Source: an uncultured Gemmatimonadales bacterium
GTDB lineage: Bacteria; Gemmatimonadota; Gemmatimonadetes; Gemmatimonadales; Gemmatimonadaceae
Direction: 5' to 3'
NCBI GenBank assembly: GCA_963737895.1
Contig: CAVTUF010000001.1
Span: forward strand, 1,289,150 to 1,353,149
DNA: 64,000 nucleotides
Positions 18,652-27,763 of the stretch are shown here, piece after piece. Numbering within the stretch: position 1 is the stretch's first letter; every line of letters starts with the position of its first letter. The translations under genes were made by a program, and so were the position numbers. Below the pieces are notes generated by a model. That model searched no databases. It was given only the letters and a program-made list of their open reading frames with translations, and was not told the DNA's origin.

Positions 18652-19614
18652 ATGCCCCACGCGCTCTCGCTTGATGAAATAGAGGATGCCCGGCGCAGGC
18701 TGCGCGGGATCGCCCTCCGCACGCCGCTCGTGCGGCTCGCGCTCCCCGGCGGGCAGTTGGCGGTCGGCCTCAAGCTCGAGACGCTGCAACCCATCGGGTC
18801 CTTCAAGATCCGCGGGGCTGGCGCGGCAATGACCGCGGCATCGCCGGAGGTGCTCGCCCGTGGTGTGTACACCGCCAGCGCCGGCAACATGGCGCAAGGT
18901 GTAGCGTGGTGCGCTCGGGAGCTCCGAGTTCCCTGCACGGTCATCGTGCCCGGCCACGCGCCCGATACCAAGGTCGCAGCGGTCGAGCGCCTCGGCGCGA
19001 CGGTCATCCGCGTGCCCTTCGACCGCTGGTGGCAGGTGCTCGTCGAGCACGCTTATCCCGGACTCGAGGGCCTGTTCGTTCATCCCGTTTCCGATCCCGC
19101 GGTCATCACCGGCAACGCGACCGTGGCGCTCGAGATCCTCGAGGATGTGCCCGACGTGGATACGGTCCTCGTGCCCTATGGTGGCGGCGGTCTCTCCTGC
19201 GGCATCGCCATGGGGCTCAGGGCAAAGGGTTCTGCCGCGCGTGTGATCGCCTGTGAGGTCGAGACGGCCGCGCCGCTCGCCGCATCGCTTCACGCCGGCC
19301 ATGCGGTCCAGATCGAGTATCGCCCGAGTTTTGTCGACGGGATCGGCGGCCGGAGCGTGCTGGCCGAGATGTGGCCGCTCGCGAGCACGCTCCTGAGTGG
19401 CAGTATCGTGAGCAGCGTCGAACAGATCGCCGGCGCCGTGCGCCTACTGGCCGAGCGAGCGCACATCGTCGCGGAGGGCGCGGGTGCGGCGTCGGTCGCG
19501 GCGGCGATGTCGGGACGCGTCACCGGCCGGTCCATCGTATGTGTGGTGTCTGGCGCCAACATCGACATGGCCAAGCTCGCGGCCATTCTCGCGGGCGGCG
19601 TCCCCGCGACCTAG
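18652..19614 (+). CDS. PLP-dependent threonine/serine dehydratase-family enzyme
   Basis: PLP-lysine motif LKLETLQPIGSFKIRGA, a glycine loop GGGGLSCG, and a length of 320 aa. Confidence 0.85.
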   Translation: MPHALSLDEIEDARRRLRGIALRTPLVRLALPGGQLAVGLKLETLQPIGSFKIRGAGAAMTAASPEVLARGVYTASAGNMAQGVAWCARELRVPCTVIVPGHAPDTKVAAVERLGATVIRVPFDRWWQVLVEHAYPGLEGLFVHPVSDPAVITGNATVALEILEDVPDVDTVLVPYGGGGLSCGIAMGLRAKGSAARVIACEVETAAPLAASLHAGHAVQIEYRPSFVDGIGGRSVLAEMWPLASTLLSGSIVSSVEQIAGAVRLLAERAHIVAEGAGAASVAAAMSGRVTGRSIVCVVSGANIDMAKLAAILAGGVPAT

Positions 19615-19727
19615 CACTAGGACGAACGGCTTCAGTTGCTGCCACCAACCCCAGCCGTCGAGGGCAGCCGCCGCCGTTTGAGAACCATCGGTCGCCCTGT
19701 CCGGGCAACGGCGGCTAGGCGCGGCGA

Positions 19728-20630
19728 TCAGTAGTTGTCAGGGGTGGTCATGTGCCCGTCGCCGACGATCACCGTCGTACCACCGACCCGCACGCGCAAC
19801 ACTTTCCCGTCGCGTTTCTCCGCCGACGCCAGAATCAGGCTCGGTCGCCCCATCGCGACGCCTTGCTCGATGCGCCACGCGAACTCGCCCGTCCGCTGCG
19901 GCAATGCGTCGGCGAGACTCCCAGCCAGTGCCGCCGCCGCAGATCCCGTCGCGGCATCCTCGGCGACGCCCAGCGATGGCGCGAACATGCGCGCGTACAC
20001 GTTGTCGCCGGCTGGCCCGTCGTTCGCGAACAGGAACAGGTTCGACGCCCACGCCCGGCCGAAGGCGGCGCTCCATGCCACACGATCGAGCACGCTGCGA
20101 TCGACCATCATCTTGTCGGTCAGCTTGATGAAACAGAAGGGCAGTCCATAGCTCGCGAACCACGTGTCGGTCACCGCCGAGGGCGGCAACGAGAGGGCCG
20201 CAGCGGCATCGGCGGGCCGAGGCGCCGAGGCGGACCGCTCCATGGGACGCTCGAGAGAGAAACGTGTCATCACCGCCTTGCCGTCGAGCTGCACTTCGAC
20301 CGACACCGGTCCGACGCCTTCTTCCAGCACAATGGTGGCCTTCCCGCCCGGTGTCTCGACCATTCCGAGGCGAGCCAGCACCGCCGCCGTTCCAACGGTG
20401 GGATGTCCGGCGAACGGGACTTCCGCGCCCGGCGTGAAGATGCGCACCCGCCGCGCGTGCGCGGGATTCCTGGCCGGCAACACGAATGTGCTCTCGGCGA
20501 AGTTGAACTCCCGCGTGAGCGCCTGCATCGCGCGATCCGACATCCCGCGCGCGTCCGGGAACACGGCGAGTTGATTTCCCCCGAACGGATTCGCGGTGAA
20601 GACGTCGGCGATCACGAAATGATGTTCCAT
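19728..20630 (-). CDS. PhzF-family isomerase
   Basis: FVIADVFTANPFGGNQLAVF...FNFAESTFV...FAGHPTVG are typical of the PhzF family. Confidence 0.85.
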   Translation of the reverse strand: MEHHFVIADVFTANPFGGNQLAVFPDARGMSDRAMQALTREFNFAESTFVLPARNPAHARRVRIFTPGAEVPFAGHPTVGTAAVLARLGMVETPGGKATIVLEEGVGPVSVEVQLDGKAVMTRFSLERPMERSASAPRPADAAAALSLPPSAVTDTWFASYGLPFCFIKLTDKMMVDRSVLDRVAWSAAFGRAWASNLFLFANDGPAGDNVYARMFAPSLGVAEDAATGSAAAALAGSLADALPQRTGEFAWRIEQGVAMGRPSLILASAEKRDGKVLRVRVGGTTVIVGDGHMTTPDNY

Positions 20631-20640
20631 CGCGCGATGC

Positions 20641-21429
20641 CTAGACCAGGCTCTGGATCGAGCCGCCGTCGACCTGAATCGCGGTTCCGGTCACGAAGCT
20701 GGCTCTCGCGGAAGCGAGGAATGCGACGACCGCTGCCATCTCCCGTGGTTCGCCCGCGCGGCCGAGGGGAATGGTGCCGGCGCGCTGATGGAGGATGTCG
20801 TCCACCGGCCGCTTCTCGCGTGCGGCCCGCATCGACGCCAGCTCGGTCGCCCGTGCCGTGTCGAAATGACCCGGCAGCACGGTGTTGACGAGTACCCCGT
20901 CTTTCGCGACTTCATTCGACAGCGTCTTCGCGAATCCGAGGAGGCCGCTGCGTGCCGTGTTCGACAGGATAAGTCCGGGTACGGGCTGCTTCGCGGCCAT
21001 GGATGTGAGAAAGATGACTCGCCCCCAGTGCCGTGCCCGCATCCCCGGGACACACGCCTGCGCAAGATGGATCGAAGAGAGCAGATTGAGCTCGAACGCC
21101 GCCCGATACTGGGCGTCGGTCGTGGTCTCGAACACCGTCGACGGTGGGCCGCCGGCATTCGCGACGAGGATGTCGACGGGCCCGAGCGCGGCCTCCGTGT
21201 TTCGTACGAACTCCTCCGCGGCCCCGGCAACCGTCACATCTCCGGCGATCGCCAGCGCCCGGCCGCCCGCTGCAATGATCTCGCGTGCATACTGCTCGAG
21301 ATCGGCACCCCGCCGCGCGACCAGCGCGACCGCGGCACCTTCAGCCGCCAGTTCCCGTGCGATGGCGAGTCCAAGGCCCGAGGACGCGCCGGTGACCAGC
21401 GCCACTTTCTTCGTGAGTCCGAGATCCAT
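20641..21429 (-). CDS. SDR-family oxidoreductase
   Basis: TGASSGLGLAIA cofactor motif and NAGG. 262 aa. Confidence 0.9.
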   Translation of the reverse strand: MDLGLTKKVALVTGASSGLGLAIARELAAEGAAVALVARRGADLEQYAREIIAAGGRALAIAGDVTVAGAAEEFVRNTEAALGPVDILVANAGGPPSTVFETTTDAQYRAAFELNLLSSIHLAQACVPGMRARHWGRVIFLTSMAAKQPVPGLILSNTARSGLLGFAKTLSNEVAKDGVLVNTVLPGHFDTARATELASMRAAREKRPVDDILHQRAGTIPLGRAGEPREMAAVVAFLASARASFVTGTAIQVDGGSIQSLV

Positions 21430-21561
21430 GATCCCGTAATCTCACGGAGTCAGGGCTGCCGCACAAATGGGCGGCCCGCGGGGCGGTCCCAGCCGGCGCC
21501 ATGGCGGCGGTGCCGGTGGCGCGGATTGCCCCTCGAGGCCGAGGGATGTCGCGGCCAGGGG

Positions 21562-22161
21562 CTACCCGGCGGAATCCCGGCGGAAGAGCAGTTGGTAGAC
21601 CAGCGGCTTGGGCAGCCGGTGGCTCGTGACGGTCACCCGGAGGTGCAGCCGAGCCCCACCATCGCCGAACGAGATCGCATTCTCCCGGTCCCCGTCGGAC
21701 GCGGAGATCGTTTGGCGCAGCGTGTCGCCAGCGATCGCCACATGCGCCTTGTCGGTCTCCTTCGCGAGCGCGTTGTACCAGGGCACCACCGCCCCGTCCA
21801 ATGGCGTCACGACGGGGTCGCCGTTGTCGAACGCCACACTTACGGTGTCCGCCGCCAACCGCAACCGAAGACTGTGGGGAAGCGGGTTGACCTTGGTGAG
21901 GCGCCCCCTGGCGATGCCCCGGACAATGAAGTTCATAGGCGACACCGTCGTGTTGATCGCCGCCTTGATATCGTCGCTCGAATCCGGAACCAACGTATAG
22001 GTATACGAACCCGCGGCCGGCATTCCGGCTGCTACCACGTGAGCCGTATCGCCCCCAGCGGCCCGCGCGGAGTCCTGCGCGGCGCTTTGCCCGGCGGCCA
22101 TGGTGCCCGCCAACACCAGCACGCTGGCGGTCGTGCACGCGAGGACGCGCAGCCGTGGCAT
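21562..22161 (-). CDS. hypothetical secreted protein
   Basis: ATG at 22161 gives the signal peptide MPRLRVLACTTASVLVLAGTMAAGQSAAQ. No recognisable family. Confidence 0.55.
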   Translation of the reverse strand: MPRLRVLACTTASVLVLAGTMAAGQSAAQDSARAAGGDTAHVVAAGMPAAGSYTYTLVPDSSDDIKAAINTTVSPMNFIVRGIARGRLTKVNPLPHSLRLRLAADTVSVAFDNGDPVVTPLDGAVVPWYNALAKETDKAHVAIAGDTLRQTISASDGDRENAISFGDGGARLHLRVTVTSHRLPKPLVYQLLFRRDSAG

Positions 22162-22466
22162 CTCACGCAGCACACGAGGAAGTAACCGGCCGCGTGACCG
22201 GTGGGATGGTTGTGTGAACACTTGGTGCATGCCCCGTTCAGGTAACGGACCGGGCAACGGATGCCGGCCCTCCCCAAATCCTAGGACGCCCGCGCCCGTC
22301 CCGCGTGGGCTCTGGGGCGGATGACCATCCGCCAGGGGTGAACGACCTTTGGCGTGGCTGCCTGTGCGGCTACCGAATGCAGTTGCCGAATGCGGTTACT
22401 TATTGCGGCTGCGCTGCTCGCGTGGCCAAGCGTTTCGCCACTCGCGACCGAAAATCCTGCGGCACG

Positions 22467-23267
22467 TCAATGCGCTGGAGCTTCACGCGGACGTCCCGGA
22501 TCACGCTCGCCTCGAATTTGAATTCCGCTGAGCAGAGTGCACACACCTCGAGAATGATCCCGCACGAGTTTCATCTCGGCCTCTGCCAGCTCGCGGTCGA
22601 GGTAGTCGTCGAGACGACGGAACGCGACTTCGCACCCGGCGCGGTCGAGTCCGCGCTTCGGGATCGCCACACGCACGCGGCTGACGATTCCTTCGTCCTC
22701 CGCCACTCGCCACAATCGCTGCTGCAGCAGTTTGCGGGCCCGGTGCAACCGGCTTCGCACCGTCCCCGGCGGTACATCGAGCACTGCGGCGATCGCCTCG
22801 TACGAGAGGTCTTCAATGAAGTAGAGCGCCGCTACGACCTGATACTCTTCCGGTAGCTTGCGGAGTGCGGCCTGCACCGCCTCGCGCGACAGGTTGGTCG
22901 TGAGACGGCCGGCCGGGTCGTCGCCCCCCACCGGCAGATCCGCGATCTTGAATGTGTTGTAGAGGAAGAGGTCGGGCGCATCACCCATGCTCACGGTGAC
23001 GAGCCGCCGAGCGCGAGCCCGCCACGTCATGCGGTGGCAGTTGGTCAGAATCCGGAAGAACCACGGCTTGAATGGTGCACCGGGCTGAAACGTCCGAAAG
23101 CCCTTCCAGGCCTGGAACGTCGCGTCCTGCACGAGATCCTCGGCGTCGGCCTGGTTGCGGGTCAGGCCGAGTGCGTACCCGTACGCCTGGCTCAGGACCG
23201 GGGCCAGGAGCATCTCGAAGTCCTGGCCAACCGGCAACCCAGCAGGCAACACGGAATCGGCAGTCAT
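22467..23267 (-). CDS. ECF sigma-70 family factor fused in frame to a zf-HC2 (ZAS) anti-sigma domain; the ZAS motif is broken by a 1-nt frameshift near 22553
   Basis: Region 2 reads AEDLVQDATFQAWKGF and region 4 reads LSYEAIAAVLDVPPGTVRSRLHRARKLL. Without any stop it continues CEVAFRRLDDYLDRELAEAEMKLVRDH. The +1 frame then reads LEVCALCSAEFKFEASV..., ending at TAA 22400-22402. Confidence 0.8.
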   Translation of the reverse strand: MTADSVLPAGLPVGQDFEMLLAPVLSQAYGYALGLTRNQADAEDLVQDATFQAWKGFRTFQPGAPFKPWFFRILTNCHRMTWRARARRLVTVSMGDAPDLFLYNTFKIADLPVGGDDPAGRLTTNLSREAVQAALRKLPEEYQVVAALYFIEDLSYEAIAAVLDVPPGTVRSRLHRARKLLQQRLWRVAEDEGIVSRVRVAIPKRGLDRAGCEVAFRRLDDYLDRELAEAEMKLVRDHSRGVCTLLSGIQIRGERDPGRPREAPAH

Positions 23268-23386
23268 GGCGTCCTGAGTACGGAATCTGCAGCCCGGCCG
23301 CGCCGCGGCATCACCGGGGAGACGTAATGCGGCGGTACGCCCTACGTCAACTTGCACACTGGTGGTGCCGCCCGCACCTTCACCCA

Positions 23387-24511
23387 ATGAATGACTCCAG
23401 CGAGGCCTGGCACCGGGTGGGGGTAGGAAACGACTTGCGAGCCGCGGCGCCAGTCGCCGTCACGGCCGGCGGCCACCAGATCGCGATCTTTCAGTACGAC
23501 GGACGGCTGCGCGCCATCTCCAATCGCTGCAACCACAAGGGTGGTCCGCTCGTCGAGGGCCGGCTGCACGGCGAATTCGTGATGTGCCCGTGGCATGCCT
23601 GGGAGTATAGCGTGATCACGGGGCGAGGCCCGCAAGGATACGATGAGGAGCAGGTACCCGTGTTCGCCATCGAGGAGCGGCCTGACGGCGTGTACGTCCG
23701 CACGCCGCCCGCGATGCCGCGACACCTGATCCCGCATAAGGCATCGCTCCTGCTCGAGGAGCACCCCAAGCCGCCGGGCGCGCCAGTTCGCGTGCTCGGA
23801 CTGTCCACCACCGGAATGGATGATGGCAATCCGCGCTACTCCACGTCCGACGCGCTGCTGGATGAGGCACTGGCCCACGCGGCGGCCAGCGGCGCCGACA
23901 CGCAGTGCCTCCGCCTTCGCGAGCTCGCGTTCCGGCACTGCGAAGGGAATTACTCCAAGGCGGCGCGCGCCTGCACATGGCCGTGCGCGATTACGGAGCG
24001 CGACCCGGCGGACCAGCTCACGCCTGTCTACGAAGGCCTCGTGCATTGGGCCAATGTCGTGCTGATCGCGACGCCCATTCGCTGGGGTAATGCGTCGTCG
24101 CTGTATTTCAAGATGGCGGAGCGCCTGAACTGCGTGCAGAATCAGGTGACGATCAACAATCGCGTGCTGATCCATCACAAGGTGGCCGCGTTCATCATCA
24201 CGGGTGGCCAGGACAACATCCAGGCGGTCGCTGGATCGATGCTGACGTTCTGGTCGGAGTTGGGCTTCATGTTCCCGCCGTTCCCGTTCATCGCGCATTC
24301 GCGCGGCTGGGATGCCGAGGACATGCAGAACAACGTCAAAGTGGTGAAGATGAGCGAAGGGTTGCGGGAAGCGGCGCACGAGCTGGTGGAGCGGGGCATT
24401 GCGACATGGCGGATGGTGGATGCCACGCGCGGCTCCGGGATGCCGCCGATGGAGCGCGCCGGTCGCAAAGCCAATCCGGTGGCCGACAGTATGGCGGTTC
24501 CCAATGGCTGA
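23387..24511 (+). CDS. Rieske [2Fe-2S] domain fused to a flavodoxin-like NAD(P)H-dependent FMN reductase domain
   Basis: ATG at 23387. Rieske ligands CNHKGGPL...CPWHAWEY, followed by VRVLGLSTTG...IATPIRWGN...FIITGGQDN, which is flavodoxin-fold reductase-like. Confidence 0.75.
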   Translation: MNDSSEAWHRVGVGNDLRAAAPVAVTAGGHQIAIFQYDGRLRAISNRCNHKGGPLVEGRLHGEFVMCPWHAWEYSVITGRGPQGYDEEQVPVFAIEERPDGVYVRTPPAMPRHLIPHKASLLLEEHPKPPGAPVRVLGLSTTGMDDGNPRYSTSDALLDEALAHAAASGADTQCLRLRELAFRHCEGNYSKAARACTWPCAITERDPADQLTPVYEGLVHWANVVLIATPIRWGNASSLYFKMAERLNCVQNQVTINNRVLIHHKVAAFIITGGQDNIQAVAGSMLTFWSELGFMFPPFPFIAHSRGWDAEDMQNNVKVVKMSEGLREAAHELVERGIATWRMVDATRGSGMPPMERAGRKANPVADSMAVPNG

Positions 24512-25001
24512 TTTCCGCATCGGCACTGCAAGCGCCAATACTCCGGATGCACCAGGTAGCGCCGCCGCCCGTCTCGCAACGGGTCACGCCTACGAACGTG
24601 CGCTCTTCGGCGGCCGCATGGACGAGTTGGGCGAGTACCTGACGGATGACGTGACCTACTGGGTGGCGGGCGCGCCGCCAATCGGCGGTACGTGGCGCGG
24701 ACGCGAGGCCGTCGTTGGGGCGTTCGCGAATCGCGAGTTCGGCCTTGGCGCCGCCGACTGGGGCTACGAGGAACTGAGACGCGACTGGTCGGCGCCAGGC
24801 GATGACCGCGTGGTCGTCGAGATCCACGAGAAGAGCTGGCTCAAATCCCACCCCTCGGATGTGATCGATCAGCGTACGTATTGCGTCCTGCGCTTTCGTG
24901 ACGACCGGATTGCGGCGATCGAGGACTACACCGACTCGCATCTCTACGAGGAGTTCGTCGAGCGGCACCGGGCGGATCTCCCCAGGTTCCGGGGGTCCTG
25001 A
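24504..25001 (+). CDS. SnoaL-like / NTF2-fold protein
   Basis: ATG at 24504 overlaps the upstream gene by 8 nt. The ~165-aa alpha+beta pattern (...DDVTYWVAG...VVVEIHEKSW...RIAAIEDYTD) is typical of SnoaL-like proteins. Confidence 0.65.
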   Translation: MADFRIGTASANTPDAPGSAAARLATGHAYERALFGGRMDELGEYLTDDVTYWVAGAPPIGGTWRGREAVVGAFANREFGLGAADWGYEELRRDWSAPGDDRVVVEIHEKSWLKSHPSDVIDQRTYCVLRFRDDRIAAIEDYTDSHLYEEFVERHRADLPRFRGS

Positions 25002-25148
25002 CGGCCCCGGAGCCGGCAGGACCCGCTCGGCACGACGGAACCTGGGAACCGGCCCGGCGATAACGGCATATTTGAGTGGGCAGGCGCCGGACCCGCCCAG
25101 AGAGCCAGCGGGCAGGATCGCACGGCGCCGCCTCATCAGGAGATTTCC

Positions 25149-26252
25149 ATGATCCGCATCGTTTCCCTGCTCGCGGCGACCACGCTGACCGTCGGCGGTG
25201 GGCTGGCGCTCTTCGCTACTCGCCCGCACTCAGCAGCGAGTTCGCCGCACCTGGGCGCGCGCACCGCACCACCGCTCAAGGACGAGGGCGCCTTCACCGG
25301 GTTCGATGGCAACACCGGTTGGGTCAACTCACCGCCGCTCACCGCCGCAGGACTGCGCGGCCATGTCGTGGTCGTGGATTTCTGGGCGTTCTCGTGCAGC
25401 AATTGTCTCGCGGCTCTGCCACACGTCAAGTCGCTCGAAGCCAAGTTTCGCGACAAGGGCGTGGTCGTCGTCGGCGTGCATACGCCGGAGTTGGACAACG
25501 AGCGCGTCGAATCCAACCTGCGCAATGCCGTCCGCGAACTCGGCATCATCTACCCGGTCGCCATCGATGGCAATAACCGGATCTGGAACGCCTTCCACAA
25601 CGAGTATTGGCCAGCCATCTACATCGCGGATACGCACGGCCGGATCCGCTATCACTTCTTCGGCGAGGGCGCGTACGATCAGGAAGAGGAAGTCGTCGCG
25701 ACCCTGCTCAATGAAGCGGCGCGCGAGCGTGACGCCACAGCCGGTACCGGTTCGGCTGCCGGCACAGCTGGCCGCACCCACGACTTCTCCGCGTGGCACA
25801 AGCCCGGCGACGCGGAGCTGAAGGCGCACCTCACTCCGCTCCAGTACTCGGTCACGCAGCACGACGACACGGAACTGCCCTTTCGCAACCAGTACTGGGA
25901 CAACCACGAGCCGGGGATCTACGTCGACGTGGTATCCGGCGAGCCGCTCTTCAGCTCAATCGACAAGTTCGAATCGGGGACGGGATGGCCCAGCTTCACG
26001 AAGCCGCTCGTTCCAGCCAATGTCGTGACCCGTACGGACAATTCGATCGGCATGGATCGCACCGAGGTTCGCTCGGCGCACGCGGACTCACACCTCGGCC
26101 ACGTCTTCGACGATGGACCGGAGCCGGCCGGATTGCGCTACTGCATGAATTCGGCGGCGATGCGCTTCATTCCGGCGAGCCAGCTCGCCACGAATGGCTA
26201 TGGTGAATACGCACACCTGTTCGCCACCGCGGCAACGACGACGAAGCAGTGA
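25149..26252 (+). CDS. msrB: secreted thioredoxin-like (redoxin) domain fused to methionine-R-sulfoxide reductase MsrB
   Basis: Signal peptide, then a redoxin CxxC (FWAFSCSNC). The C-terminal MsrB part reads [27 protein letters not shown]...[10 protein letters not shown]...RYCMNS. Confidence 0.88.
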   Translation: MIRIVSLLAATTLTVGGGLALFATRPHSAASSPHLGARTAPPLKDEGAFTGFDGNTGWVNSPPLTAAGLRGHVVVVDFWAFSCSNCLAALPHVKSLEAKFRDKGVVVVGVHTPELDNERVESNLRNAVRELGIIYPVAIDGNNRIWNAFHNEYWPAIYIADTHGRIRYHFFGEGAYDQEEEVVATLLNEAARERDATAGTGSAAGTAGRTHDFSAWHKPGDAELKAHLTPLQYSVTQHDDTELPFRNQYWDNHEPGIYVDVVSGEPLFSSIDKFESGTGWPSFTKPLVPANVVTRTDNSIGMDRTEVRSAHADSHLGHVFDDGPEPAGLRYCMNSAAMRFIPASQLATNGYGEYAHLFATAATTTKQ

Positions 26253-26268
26253 TCCCCGTGCCAGCCGC

Positions 26269-27696
26269 CTAGTGGCCGAAGACCACCGTGTAGTCGTGGA
26301 TGCTGCTACGCCGGGCGACCGGAAAATGCCAGACGAACACACGGTGGACGATGCAGGACTCCACCTCGGTCGGGACCGCCGCGGTCCAGCTCCGGTTGAC
26401 GACCGTCGCGCGCATGACTTCGCCCGAGTCGCTGAGCGAGATGCGGACGGTCACGCGGCCACGCAACGCCGGATTGGCGCTGAGCCCATACTGGGAATAG
26501 CAGGCCGTTATCGCTGACTCGCGACAATGTACTTCCGTCGTGAACTCATCGTCGGACAATCCACCATCTGACAACGCCCCGGAATCAGATAGCACGCGCG
26601 CGGGAGGCGGTGTTGGAGCGGCCGCCACCGTCTTTGGTGTCGCCGGCGCGGACGGAATGACGGGTGTCGCGGTCGCAACAATGGCGACCGTCGCAGGCTG
26701 CGGCGCCGAACGAACGGTGACCGCGGTGGTGCGCGCGCTTGGCGGTGCCACGAGGGATGTGGATGCCGCGTAGGCCTTGACGCGCACTCGGGCTGCCGCC
26801 GCCAATGGACGCTGGGCCAGGTTCGCGGCTGGCGCGGCCGCGACAGGCGCCGTGAGGCTCGCGACTGCACTTGGATCGGCTGCAGGCACCACCGGAATGA
26901 GCGGCGCGGGCGACGAGGAATCCGCCGGGGCCGGCGCAGGCTGCGCCACAGCCAGCGGTACCTGCTGCACCGGCATGCTGGCTGCGGCCAGTGATGCCGC
27001 TCTCGCCGTGCTGTCGGCGGCACGGTTGGCCGCCATCTCGCGTGCCGCCCGGGCGGACTCGCGGATGGCCTGCACCACCGATCCGAGGGTTGGTGCGAGG
27101 AACGTCGTCGTCACGCCGCCGGGGCCGAGCGCGCCGATCTTCACGGTGAGTGATGGCGGATCGGTTCGGGGCCGCGAGAGCAGGACGAAGTCGCCGCGGG
27201 CGAGTTCGTCGCGTGCCGATGTCGTGTCGGGCCGGTCCCGGCGCGCAGCCATGAAACGCAGGCTGTCGGCCGTCAGAGGTTCCGCCAACGCGGCCCACGC
27301 GTCCGCTTCATTCGCGGTCAACTCAACGGGCTGCGCAAACGCATTGCGAAAATTCACGGACGCGTACACGAGCACCGTGCCGGCATCGGTCGCACGGATC
27401 CACACGAACGTATTCGAGTTGTGGAACATGGCCATCTCGCGCATGTCGGTCACGCGCGATGAGGCGCCGGCGAGTTCCGCCTGCTGTGACGTGGCCACGG
27501 CGGGCTGCGAGACCAGGGGCGCGACGCCGAGCGCAATGGTCAGCGCTAACCGAACGATCGGCCGCCCGTGGGCCGCGCACGCCGGCCGGTCCGCCGGGCG
27601 CGCAGGCGCCCTCGAATTCAGTACGAGACAGTGCACACTGGCTGACGCGCGGCGAACTCCTCGGGTCACGCCATCCTGCACCCCGGGCCGGTGCAC
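26269..27696 (-). CDS. hypothetical envelope protein with an Ala/Pro-rich linker and a TonB-C/AgmX-like C-terminal domain
   Basis: It has a long low-complexity A/P/V region. The C-terminus CYSQYGLSANPALRGRVTVRISLSDSGEV...ESCIVHRVFVWHFP resembles AgmX/PglI-type domains. The start codon is uncertain. Confidence 0.5.
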   Translation of the reverse strand: MHRPGVQDGVTRGVRRASASVHCLVLNSRAPARPADRPACAAHGRPIVRLALTIALGVAPLVSQPAVATSQQAELAGASSRVTDMREMAMFHNSNTFVWIRATDAGTVLVYASVNFRNAFAQPVELTANEADAWAALAEPLTADSLRFMAARRDRPDTTSARDELARGDFVLLSRPRTDPPSLTVKIGALGPGGVTTTFLAPTLGSVVQAIRESARAAREMAANRAADSTARAASLAAASMPVQQVPLAVAQPAPAPADSSSPAPLIPVVPAADPSAVASLTAPVAAAPAANLAQRPLAAAARVRVKAYAASTSLVAPPSARTTAVTVRSAPQPATVAIVATATPVIPSAPATPKTVAAAPTPPPARVLSDSGALSDGGLSDDEFTTEVHCRESAITACYSQYGLSANPALRGRVTVRISLSDSGEVMRATVVNRSWTAAVPTEVESCIVHRVFVWHFPVARRSSIHDYTVVFGH

Positions 27697-27763
27697 CCCC
27701 GCAGGGCGCGGCTCCTGGGGCTTTTTGTCCCTTGTGCGCTCGCCTGTCTCCTTTCTCTTCCCC

